NCBI GenBank assembly: GCA_963920595.1
Contig: OY986947.1
Location: 6,262,001-6,326,000, forward strand
Direction: 5' to 3'
Length of the DNA stretch: 64,000 bases
DNA from: Eimeria praecox
Lineage: Eukaryota
The notes beneath the pieces were generated by a model. It was not told where the DNA came from. It did no database searches and saw nothing but the letters and a program-made list of their open reading frames with translations. Positions 52,517 to 64,000 of the stretch are shown piece by piece (position 1 is the first letter of the stretch; the number at the start of each line of letters is the position of its first letter). Position numbers and translations under genes: made by a program.

Positions 52517-53881
52517 GAGCTGTGCGGCATGCTGAAGCGGCAGGGAAGCCGCAAGCTGCTGCAAGGCGAATTGGGGCGGGGCCACGGAAGGGGCCCCTTG
52601 GGGGGGCCCTGAGGGAGCCCGCATTTGCTGCTTCGTTCCAACAGCAGCAACAGGCGTGCCCCACGGAGAGAAAAAAGCAGCAAGAGGCTCAGCATGCGTT
52701 GTGTTGGAGACTACAACCTGCTGAGGAGAGCTGAGGGGCCCCACGGTGGGCCCCAATGCTGCTCCTCTTGCGGTAGCTTCTGTTGCTGTTGCTCGGACTG
52801 GGGCTGTTGCTGAAGTAGCTGCTGCTGCTCTTGCTGAGAGGCACTGCATCTGCGCACCACCTGAGAGGTGTCCCGGGGGCCCCACAGCACCCATCTGCTT
52901 GCTGTCTCGCAGCCCTAGAGGGGTCTCAAGGGGGGGCCCTAAGGGGCCCCCCAGGGGGGCCCCTAGGGAGGAACCGAAGGAAGCTTCTATAGATGCAGGA
53001 GGGGCCACAGCTCGGGTCTCTGCTGCTTCGGTTGACGGCACCAAACCGCGGCTGAGGCAACGCATCAGCTGCTCAACTCTGCCCAAGTCGGAGTCATTAG
53101 CTGCTGCTGCTGTTGTTGTTGTCGTTGCTGGTACAGATGCCGCTGCCGCTGGTGGTGCTGCTGCTGCGGCTGCTGCAGTTGGCAAATGCGAAGACGTTCC
53201 TCCTGCTACGCCTTTAGTTGCTGCTGCTGCTGCTGTCTCTGCAGCGGCTACGCGTGTTGCTTCTCCGTGTGGCGATTCTGCTGCTCCAGCAGCTGCTGCA
53301 GCAGCAACTCCCTGTATATTCGCCACTCCAAGCTTACCGTGAGAGGGGGCCACTCCGACACCCAGCGGGGGGCCCAGGATGGAGTCTGGTGCAGCAGGGG
53401 CCCCTAAGACGGGTAGGCCTCCCCTGGTAGTTCCTAGTTGGGGGCCCCTGGTCAACCCTGCGGCTAGGGGCCCCCCCATGAAGGGCTCAAGCCCGCTCGG
53501 GCCCTTGAAATGCAATGCAGCATCAGGGGTCGCCCCACTGAGAGGCGTCATGAATCCCAAGAGGCCCCCGAGGGCCCCAGAAGAAACGCTTGCATGCCCA
53601 TGAGCAGCAGCTCCCCGTGATGAAGGCCACTGAAGGGAAGGGGGCCCCCCTGGGGGGGCCCTAGGCCTGGCCTGGTGCAGACCCGCCCGCTCTGCTGCAG
53701 CCGACTGCAGTGCAGCAGAAGCGACAGATAAGCGAGCAGCAGCAGCAGCAACTTGCGCGGAGACGCCTGCTGCCGAGGGCAGGAGGCCTTGGGTGCCCCT
53801 AGAGACGGAGGCAGTGGGAGGGGCCCCCTGCAGCTGCTGCGCTAAGAAGACCAAGGAAGCAGGTGGAGGGGGACCCTCCAT
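48692..53881 (-). CDS. Hypothetical Gln/Ala/Pro-rich protein, 1729-aa ORF (may have further exons)
   Basis: Uninterrupted 5.2-kb ORF with polyQ/polyA typical of Eimeriidae coding sequence, plus ordered islands (RLPNGKFCSAPWGRGHCDICAR; CPYPLIKTIPILLKGLEYE). Confidence 0.8.
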
Positions 53882-54679
53882 GGGTACCCAGGAAGACGGG
53901 GGGGCCGCCCCTGAAGGAGCAGCCTGAGAAGGCCCAGGGGGCCTTTAAGCCCCCGCGGAGAGGTGAGTCGCTCGTGGGGCCCCCCAGCATCTGAAGCACT
54001 GCAGAGGCCCCTGGAACTAGCTTGGCTGGGCAGGAGGGGCACCGAGGCCCCTTTGGAGGCCAGCTAAAGGCAGCAGAAATGCAGATGAGACGGCTATGAT
54101 AACATATATGCAGTTCTCAGGCCACCCATTCACGCGGCAATAGCACACAGCACACCTGTGCGTACACCCCAGGCCAGCACATCCCCACCTATTTTGCTGC
54201 TTTGACCTCCTCCTAACAAAGGAGTTCCAAAAGCACGACGTGGAAAAAAACAATTCAACGCTTCCTTCCGCTGCACAGGGGGGCCTTGAGGTGTACATGC
54301 GGCTGCTGCAGCCAGCTGCTGCTGCGCGGCTGCCTGGGGCATCTCGCCACTGCGGTCATATCCCGCTTCGCTGGAAGATTTAAACCCTTCGGTTATTTAT
54401 AAATGTTTAGTGAATGCTTATATTTTATTTTTTAAAAACCCTAGCAAAATTAGGGGAATCCGCCTTATTTTATACTGCAAGCTGAAGGGGGCCTGGTTTC
54501 ACATACCTGCCCGAGCAGCAGCAGCCAGGCCCCTGGCAAGAACTGTAGCCCTCAATGTGTGTCTCAGCGAATACATCAAGTGAAGAGCTGCACTAAACGT
54601 TTCGTAACAACTTCAAAATTATTATATTAGCGTTTCCACTGCCCATAAGTGCTGGAAATGCCGGTATCTTACTGCCGCG

Positions 54680-57620
54680 CCCCCCCCCCAACCCACCCAC
54701 CCACCTTAAATCATGGAGCCTGCAACATGAGTCCTCCTTTGTATTCAAGGACTGTCGTTAGCTGCAGAGGATTCAAAATACTTTAGAAAGGACTCCCCCA
54801 AAGCCGCTAGGCTCCCACCAAGTCTCCAGATGCCCTCAATAGGCAGCCTGCACGCAACAGGACTGTAGTGCAAATTGCTTTGCGTCATTATGGTTATTAT
54901 GGTGATTATGGTGCTCGTAATCCTACTGGCTTGAACATGTCAAAGTCAAAAAACGGTCTACACTAGAATTTACAATGCGAGTGCATGCGGCAAAGGGGAA
55001 ATGATCGTGCGAACATGTGGGTCTGCCCTGGGGCATTAGTTGCAGTGAGGGGCTTTGCAGCCCGTCAGAAGCTGGCCCTTGTCCCCCCTCAGTTCTAGAC
55101 CTTTGGGCCGAGGTTCTCATAGAGCTGGGGGGAAGTCAGGTTGGTTTTGCTAGTTGTTTCGCGAAGCCTTTGACTCGACGGATGGTGGCCGCCAACTAAG
55201 AACCTCGTTGCATGCAGTATGCTTGTTTTGTGTCAAGTGAGTGTTTGTATCTCGTGTTGTGCGCTGGCTGGATGTTGAGGGCCAAGTAAGTGTTTAACAA
55301 CTTTCTACAATGTTAGTGAAAGTAGCGAACAGGGCAGTGGCTGTGCGTGTGCATGGGGCTGTCTGGCAGTGTTGGTTGCGGCAAGCGGTGTTGCAACTCA
55401 AAGCAGGCCACCTCTTTACCGCACCAGCCCAGGCAGTTGGGTTGTTTTGGACAGAACGCCTGGAGGCTGGTGTGGGTGTTGTCAGCTGCAGCGCTTAGTT
55501 AAGTCTTTGACTATTGTAACCTACCATGTTGCTCAGCTCAGAGCGAGGACCTTCACTATAAGAAGTGCATCTGTCCTATGGTAAGGCCACTACGGTATCC
55601 ATCGAGATATCTATCCAGATTTGTTGGCGAATTGAAGGACTCTGTGAGTGCCCAGATCTCAGAGTGCTCTGCTGTTTTGCTGTTGTCTTTCCAGGGAGTG
55701 GAACCTGGTCACTTGTTTCACCCTTATGTTGATGCATACATGGCCCGCTAAAGTATGTTCCTGCATTTTGCAAAGACGTCCTGTGCATAACGATGCTGGG
55801 AGGTGTATTCTGCGACGTCCACGATTCGCCTGCCACCACAGGAGGTCATCTATCCTGTAGTGCTTTAACCATCAGCCAGTATTGAGGAGCAACAGAATAG
55901 CAATTTAGAAGGGAAAATGACATCATTGCAGGCCAGCAAAGCTGCAGGCCACGGTGCCGGACAGATTGAGTGTGGGGAGAGTGCATGAGAGACCGCATTG
56001 ATAACACCCTCAATATGCTTGAGCTGTGACGCCTTACTGCATGTATAGGCAAAGCCACCGATCACCTGCTTCATTATTATAGCCTTCAAAAATCTTCCCC
56101 AGGTATGTCAGGGGCTGCGAACCGGTTTGAAGTTGAAATGCCTGGCATATAAGGCATCTAGACACCTTTTAACCCCCCAACAGACCGCGTAGTGGGTCTT
56201 TTCAGGTACTGAATACTTCTATCCTTCTTCGGCGAAGCAACGCCAGAATCATTATTTGGTGCTTTTCCCGGGCAGTTGGCCTGCTTAGAGTGAATTTTTT
56301 AACAGCTACGTCATTGGAAACGCTTGTTAGGAACGGATGTAGGCGAAATTAGGGAGAGCGGCAACCTGAGATGATACCAGGTGGCTAATGAGACTTATAG
56401 TGGCTTCTTTGGACGCCGTAAAGCTAAGTTGTCTTTCCTTCTTGAGTAATCCAGTATACGGTGTAATGCCAAAAGTGAATTCATAATAGGTTTTCTGATG
56501 TTTATCTTCTTCCTTCTAAAGCAGAAGGAGCAAATATATCTGCAGTAAAATTAGTAATACGCTATACATCAAACTTTCTAACAAAGAGTTTTTCATTTTT
56601 CGTATGGCTACACCGGATATGAGACAAAACTGAAAAATGTTAAAGCATAGAACTGTCTTCTTAATAATTTACCTTTACAATGTGCGTCAAGGGGGTCGCC
56701 GGCGTTTTGAAAAAGAAACTTAGGGGGATGAGCTCCTTGCGGCGCATTGGGCTTCCATCGGGTGGGCAAACCGCTGGGAGCTCATCGTTATTTAATACAT
56801 CTGAGAACTGTTCCTTCAGGTATCCTTCGAAACCACTGTCTTTGTGAGACCATCATGCATGCGTGTGTCCGTCACCTTCCCCAATTAGCAACTGTAGGCA
56901 TTGGACTGCACTTGGAAGCACAAAGAACAAGCACAAATTGGAAAGGACTGGGAAAGCAAGGAGCACCCCCGCTGTCCCTGCATCGCGCCACATGCCATCG
57001 GCAAAGGCGGAGGCATTCATCATGAATTTTGCTTCTGCAATGGGACTTCCAGTTAGACGTCATGCGGATAATGCACTTGTTCCAATGCCAGTAGCCGCCC
57101 AGACCAGCCGTTAATCGTTTCCCCACCTGATAGCACATCCTGGGCAATCTCCTTTGTGCAAGAGGAGAAGAAGTCTGGAGTGGAGAACTCGCGAAAATTT
57201 CCCGGAAAAGGCTAAAGCTTTTCCGCACTGGGCTGCAAAGGTTCCTCGCTACTAGCCGCTGCTAATTCCCAGTTTGTCTAAAGATAATCTCAATTTTGTT
57301 TAAAGATTTGTCGCTACCTACCGCTGCAGTGCCCCTGGCTGCCGTTCTGTCGTTATGATATTGGATGTGCGCGCCTGCCGCAATGAATTATGCAGTGCTT
57401 TCAAGCTCAACGAGGGTCATCGACCTTAGCTGAGGACCGTGACGAGCTGCAATAGGGTTAATGATGTAAAAAGAAACATCTCAGTAATCATCTGACCTCT
57501 CCTCCAGTCCATAAGCGTCCTGGACACAGCGGGCCAATGGCATTTGGGTGATGCGGAGGTAAGGGGCCTCTACTGAGCTGCACCTTGATGCAACAAATGC
57601 TGCCAGGTAGCACCCACACG
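54680..57620 (-). mobile_element. Decayed Ty3/Gypsy LTR retrotransposon (LTR remnant, gag, PR, RT, RNase H, integrase, PPT)
   Basis: In minus-strand order: LTR-homologous piece ~57410-57620; CYQVGKR (degenerate knuckle); RDSGGAPCF (protease-like); EDKHQKT.YEF.FG (RT); KYSVPEKTHYAVCWGVKRCLDALYARHF (RNase H, ~56135..56218); IWIDISMDTVVALP (integrase); G-rich PPT at ~54681..54707. Confidence 0.75.
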
Positions 57621-57815
57621 TGCAAGCACAGCCCATACCCCTTTTGCCACATGGCACAGGATCAACCAAACGTTCTGCAAGCAAAGTTGCAATGCAAATA
57701 ATTGCACCCAGCATCCAAATGGCCTTCCTAGGTGCAGGTGCCTCCTGTACCTGGCTATACACAACTGCCTGGAGACAGCATCAATCCCTTTTTACCTCAA
57801 GCTTTGCAGCTGCAG

Positions 57816-57888
<73 letters not shown>

Positions 57889-60068
57889 AGATGTGGGTGG
57901 ATGCATGTACAAACGTATGGACGCATACATCTTCAAGGAGATAGGCACATATGTATGCATACATATGCCTGGCCTCAATATTACACTTCTGTGCAATTAG
58001 AAAAGGGTTCTCATACAATATGGATATATAGGGGAATCGTCGGCTATTAGCACTACGACGCAGCTGCGAGCGCCTGCAGATGCTTGCTTATATTGATTAT
58101 ATATGAGTGAATCCTGTAGTTCAACATCACAGGAGAGTTGCTGATTTGCTGTGCTTTCGCGGTATCGCCATTATTATTATTGAGGTTACCATAGCTGCTA
58201 TTGCATTCTTTGCTACTACTGGCAATATAGCATTATAAATGCTATTGACGTTTTCGTGATAATAGCATTTCACTCATTATTGCAATTGCCATTCCTATGC
58301 CCCTCATTCCCGGTACTACTGAATTCATTACGGATAATATAAGCCCTGCTGCTGTTGACACCATCATTAGTAAATTTGCTGTCTTCGATATAAACCTTAT
58401 TGTTGCTCCACTTGCCATGAGCATTATTAGTATTGCCAATCCATACTCCTGTTATTATTGCCGCCATTATTACATTAGTTACTATTACTATTCCAATGGT
58501 CATTAGAATCACTGCATTGGCGGTTGTCGTTGAAATAACCCCTAGTTTTACCATTAACATTATTAATATTGCTTATGCAATCGTTGCTGGCACAACTGTC
58601 GTTTTATTAGTAATACCTGCCATATGCTTGTTTGTCTCTAGCAGCGTTGCCGTTCTAATGCTACGATATGGAAGCCAATATGTATTATTTTGCAGCCGTC
58701 AATGAGAGTTCGCTACAATACAATGAAAGAGGGTGGCACCAACTCACATGAGCATGACACCGCAGAAAATCTTCCTTTCCTTGCCGAAGAAGCGTCGAAG
58801 GGAGTATTCACGGAGTGTTTTTACAAGAGACTATTGATGCATGTGTTATTTGCTGTTGGTACACCTTAAGGGCACGCAGGCCAAAAAGAGGCATCTCCTT
58901 GCATGCGAAATCCCACAACCCACCAACACGCACTCTAAGGTACAACGATCTGCTGAGGTACATGCTGAGGTGCATGCTGAGGTGCAAACGCAAACTATGT
59001 ATAAATACATTTCCTTACCGTATATCGACTCACAAATACGGCCTCTACAGCCAGATAAGCTCCACGCAGCACATACCGTAAACTCCATAGCATAAAGCTG
59101 TGGCTTCGTTGGCCCAACGGCCGCCAAAGCCAATCTACTAAACTCTAAAGTCTGTGAGCAGCTGCCCCCGGCAGGTGCTACCGTTCAAATTCAGTAGATT
59201 ACGGCTTAGGGTTGTTCTTTCAAATGCACACCTATTCTATTCTATAAGGCAAGACAGTAGAAGCCATCCATGTAGCATGAGCCTGCAAGACAACCCTGGG
59301 AAACCCCAATCAGTGCACTGTAGATAATGCTCAACAGGGAGAGGCCAAGGAGCTCCTCGGCATTCAGGACCGTGTCTCCTCTTTAGGACTTTCTGTGTGC
59401 GCATTCCTTGATACAAAATAAGAAAAAAACGCCTTTAATGAAAGACAAATGCCCATCATAGAGGCAAACAGGATGGCGTTGCAAGCTGTGCCAGCCACAT
59501 CCTGTCTCACCTACCAGGCTTATGATGCCTTTGAAACCTTGGCTAAAAGGTATAGAGCACGAATTTTTAGCTATATTTATTAATATATGCTTATATTATA
59601 AACATGCATATGTAATTTCACCTTTGGTTGTACTAACCCGAGCAGCTAATGGGGGAGAGCAGGCTGTGTGACTGTGCGAAGCGCTCCGGTGAACATGGGG
59701 TGTCGCTAGTGCTCGTGTGTTGCCTCATTTTGGCCGAAATAATCAAAATATTGCCGGAATAAATAAAGGTTATTCCGCATGAGGGTTTAATTTGCGGATA
59801 AAGTCGCAAAGGAGACGGAAATAGGCGGGGGAGACGGGGGAACAGCGCACGCCCCGCGCGCCGCGACAGTCACCTCGCGCTCAAGCCGAGTTTACGCGTC
59901 TCTTCTCCTTTTTTCCCCTTGAAACCAGGAACGTATGGTGAGAATCAAGGGAAACAAAGGTGAAAGGGTAGCTATCAGAACATATTTCTTCACTGGTAAG
60001 CGTCTTTGAGGCTCTCTTCGCGTGCTCAGTCAAGGTGAATCTGCCGCAGTTCCCTCTCCTTAAAGAAA

Positions 60069-60707
60069 ATGAAGCACTTCTTCAGCACTCTTGTTGGATT
60101 CGCCGCCTGCGCTGCAGCAGCAGCAGCAACCGGGGAGGTTGCCCAAGATCCTTCTTCTCAGCTCGCCGTTGAGATCAGTCCTGAGGAGATTGTTGCTATC
60201 CAGCAAGATGCGAACTCCGAGCCAAGGCTTTTCTTCCCCCTGGGTGGTCTGGTATCTGCTAAGCTGGCAATGCTGAAGGGCCTCCACCCCGCAGTTGCTG
60301 CCCCAGCATCCAAGAACCTCCACATCCACCACACCGCATACGTGCAGGCTCCCCCCCCCGAGCACCACCACCACCACCACAACGAGCACCATCACCACAA
60401 CGAGCACCACCACCACCACCCTCACTACCACCACCACCAGAATGACCACCACCATCACCACCACAATGACCACCACCACCATCACCACGACGACCACTAC
60501 CACCACCACCACCATCCCCACCACCACCACCACCACCACCCTGACCACCACCACCCTCATGGCCCTGCTCCCTACCCTCCTCCCGGATACTACCCTCCTC
60601 CTCCTCACCACCACGGGCATCCTCCCCACCACTACTACTACCGTGAAGACGCCCCCCAGCAGCAGGAGCAGCAAGAGCAGCAGGAGCAGCAGCAGGCTGA
60701 GAACTGA
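60069..60707 (+). CDS. gam22: GAM22-like histidine/proline-rich secreted gametocyte (oocyst wall precursor) protein, intronless, 212 aa
   Basis: Signal peptide followed by SQLAVEISPEEIVAIQQDANSEPRLFFPLGGLVSAKLA, which closely matches the N-terminus of Eimeria GAM22 as I recall it, then a His/Pro-rich domain. AAAATG start context. Confidence 0.85.
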   Translation: MKHFFSTLVGFAACAAAAAATGEVAQDPSSQLAVEISPEEIVAIQQDANSEPRLFFPLGGLVSAKLAMLKGLHPAVAAPASKNLHIHHTAYVQAPPPEHHHHHHNEHHHHNEHHHHHPHYHHHQNDHHHHHHNDHHHHHHDDHYHHHHHPHHHHHHHPDHHHPHGPAPYPPPGYYPPPPHHHGHPPHHYYYREDAPQQQEQQEQQEQQQAEN

Positions 60708-61789
60708 AACTATTCATAGCAAAACCCGAAGCAGGTAGCACCATCACTGCTTCTGGAAATAGTATCCAGTCTTTTCATTCGTACACTTCACCACCTATTC
60801 TGCTCTCCGAACACAAGAGCCTCAACGCACTCACACCATTACAGGTCTCTCTTCCCCCTGGGAATATGACCCAGGAGGTTTCGAAAAGGTTTATGCAACT
60901 GCTGTTGTAGCAACAGCAGCTGCTGTAGCAGCAAGAGCTGCAGCAGCAGCAGGTCCTCGTGCTGCGGCCATTGGTCTTTTTCCAAACCGCTATTTTATAA
61001 ATCATCATTCTATTATTCTCTGTGCGTCTTCACTCTTGAAGAATCAAATGCTGCTGTACTGAAACAGAAAAATACTTACATTATATATAAACACATGCGT
61101 AGCTTCAGATGACATCTTTTAGATGGGGGGTATCCTAGATCTGAGCGTAGGACCCCTGAGCTGCAGTTAGGATATTTCCACGCTTTCTCATTTATTCTTA
61201 GCTCAGGCAACTACAGGCTCTCCTGGCTGTAGTTATTCTGCTCACAATTGCCTATGGGCGTGCAGCTGGTGGGAGAAAGGGGGCAAACAGTCGGGGCGGA
61301 TACTGTGCTCTGAGATGCAGCCTACTCGTCCGCTAAAGCCAGCAGGCCAGCGTGCGCGGTCTGTTAGGCCCGACAAGCTTCGTTTTGAGGCATGCACTGT
61401 CTGTTAACACTTATTACTTCGAACTCACGAACCACATTTCCCAATGGAAATGCGTAACGCCAACTCCGGACAGACCAAGCTGCAGGCTGGCTGCCGTTGA
61501 GGGCGCTTCGTCATATGATGATAATAAGCGCAAGGTGATTAGGCTGCCTATGGGCGAAGTTTGCGAGCCTCCAAACGGGTGTTACCAGTCAATTGAAACA
61601 AGAAGCCGGGGCTTTAGATTTGTTTAACGTCAAGTGACAAATGAAGTAAACAAACCATAAAATGCAATTGCAGAAAGCGGCATCCTTGCGAATTTCTTCG
61701 CCCTCGTGTGCCCGTCTCTGCTGCCATTGCTGCTGCAGCTACTGTTCTGTTGTCTATGAAGTTGTGAGTATCGGAGAAGTGTGCCTTGT

Positions 61790-63318
61790 TCATTCCGGGT
61801 TATCGCTGTCGCTTCCGCATGCAGTTGCTGCGGCTTTTCTGTTCCTTTTTCTTGAAGGGACAGTGGAGGAGGAAGGAGGATGATGCTTCTGCTGCTCGCG
61901 CTCAGCCAACGCGTGCCGCTCTACGCCGGACGTGCCGTCCACTATCCGCGTCCTGTCAGATGCAAAATGCAGGACTATAACATTCATTTAAAAAGCCGTC
62001 AACGATACTATCAACACCAAAGAAGCCAACAAAGAGACGAATACGAATCAAGAAACAGTACAATGCAGGAAAAGCGAAAGACCAATACAAATTACCAACA
62101 AAACGCAACTCAAATCACACAACATAAAGAGCTTAAGAAAACACAATGCGAAGGCAAACCAACAAATGCATGCAGTAGACCGGGACCAAATCAAGGATGG
62201 AGTGTGAAACGTTTAAGGAGTGCACAGTAATATTAAACCAAGGAAAATGAACTAAAGTGATATTCGTACTGTGAAATCAACGCGAATGCAACAGAAAGTT
62301 GAAATGTCTACGGTTGCATCATACCTTGCTGGAAGCGCATTCATCATATGCCCAAATACATTGAATGCCACCTGTGCTGGACTATATTCAATCATAAATG
62401 TGCCACCACCATGCATACCTCCACCAGCACGAATGCGCTATTAGTCTCAAACAGGTTGCAAAAATTGAGGAAATATAGGCCGTGGGCGTTCGCGTGAGAT
62501 ATACAGGCATTCACCTAAACAGTACGTCGGCATGAGAAAACATTCCTTCCTTCAGGGAGACAATTATAAACTGAGAGGTGGGGAACTGCGTCTTAATCAT
62601 GCTACCTGTTCACCCATAACACACGCCGCGACACAAGGAAAAAATGAAAATCCTCATTCGGTGTACCTGCAGCTGCAAACGAATATAATATGCCGCCTCA
62701 CTGCATCCCTGGGTTGCAAAATCAACAGCAGCAGCATCCCAGCTGTTGGTTTTGCTGCTACTGCTGCGTTCCCGACTGGTGCTGCCCGGTTTACTGCGGC
62801 TGTTGTTGCTGCTGCTACTACTGCTGTTGGCTTCATCTATGTAGTTGCATTACCGATATTTTGCGTGTGGGAAAGATCTAGTGCGGCATCAACTTCATCG
62901 AGAATATAAACCGGTGCCGGCTTAACTTTCAGCAGCGCCAAAATTAACGAAAGTGCCAACAGCGACCGCTGGCCTCCAGACAACTCAGAAAGGGACTCCT
63001 TCCACTTGTGATGAAACGCTATCTGCGGTGCACGCAGATGGCGATAAAATAGCAATATTAACGGAAGCAATAACAGTAAGCATGCGAGCAACTGGATTAG
63101 CATCATTGGGCAAAATCTACAGGGGGTTGCGACTTGGCTACCTTCATCTCGAGGCCTTTCATTAAATCGTCTGGATCTGCCTCCACCAGTTTGGCCTGGG
63201 CATTCGGCAGAAGTTGTTCGAAGATAGCCGAAAAGTTCCCATCTACAAGACGCCAGGTATTTTTCAAAGAGTTTTGCTTCTTCTCATCTAAGGAGGCAAT
63301 AACCTCTCTTATCTTCTC
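61790..63318 (-). CDS. SMC2: Condensin subunit SMC2, last four exons (63142..63318, 62854..63022, 62515..62605, 61790..61952); 5' part lies beyond the window
   Basis: [87 protein letters not shown] is the SMC2-type signature, Walker B and D-loop region; intron phases match. Confidence 0.96.
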
Positions 63319-63594
63319 CTGCACGCAAGCGATGCCCCCAGACACAGTCAAACCAGAAAATGCCCCATACCGCATGGCACTTGAGGCAGAACATTAATCG
63401 AGTCTAGTTTTGCTTTTCCGCATATGCGTTTCATCCAACAGGCAGGATATCAAATGCAGCATTTCATAATTTAGGGCACCGAAAGGACGTGTATATACAT
63501 TTGCAAAATATTTACAAGGTAATACAAAGAGCGCAATACAATTCGCCCCACGCCAAGGAAGCCTGGACATCATAACATCACATGATACTACTGC

Positions 63595-63668
<74 letters not shown>

Positions 63669-63724
63669 CATGCATGCATATGCTTACACATGCATGTGTA
63701 CGTACGTACATCTGGATAAGCATA

Positions 63725-63758
<34 letters not shown>

Positions 63759-63760
63759 GC

Positions 63761-63837
<77 letters not shown>

Positions 63838-64000
63838 ATAGACACACACATATGCATGTATAGATAGATATAGATATAGATATATACAGAAATGGATATA
63901 AAGATCCAAATATAGATAAAGATATAGATATATATTGCGCATATAATAGGAAAAGCCTTAAGAGGGGCAGTAGCTTGGTGCCCTCTGCCTGCTCCCGTTT

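Noticed and set aside
48711..53603. Numerous plus-strand polyC/polyA/polyL ORFs
   Set aside because: Antisense and alternate-frame products of CAG repeats within the 1729-aa minus-strand ORF.
58160..58705. Ile/Ala/Thr-rich hydrophobic ORFs upstream of gam22
   Set aside because: Degenerate (ATT/GCT)n triplet tract with stops in every frame; no homology cues or clear splice structure.

Overview
Eukaryotic, intron-containing DNA with the hallmarks of a coccidian apicomplexan (Eimeriidae, Eimeria/Cyclospora-like): CAG/GCA-rich coding sequence, frequent TGCATGCA motifs, intronic telomere-like (TTTAGGG)n and (AT)n tracts. The species cannot be fixed from sequence alone. From left to right: (1) a minus-strand gene whose second exon is a >9-kb array of ~46 copies of a 66-aa Gly/Lys/Asp plus polyproline repeat, running off the window; (2) a ~14-kb accessory zone of decayed Ty3/Gypsy LTR-retrotransposon pieces, containing a ~2.59-kb tandem amplicon with one tRNA-Arg(TCT) gene per unit and a fifth, inverted tRNA-Arg with an LTR 11 bp from its 3' end; (3) a divergent pair of alveolin/IMC genes; (4) a 9-exon minus-strand gene that I read as a divergent Integrator subunit 2 (INTS2)-like protein, with a tRNA-Met in one intron; (5) a 1729-aa Q/A-rich ORF with small Cys/His-containing islands; (6) a decayed gag-PR-RT-RH-IN Gypsy element; (7) a GAM22-like His/Pro-rich secreted gametocyte/oocyst-wall protein; (8) the last four exons of condensin SMC2. 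Family assignments come from manual translation and recalled motifs, not from database searches.
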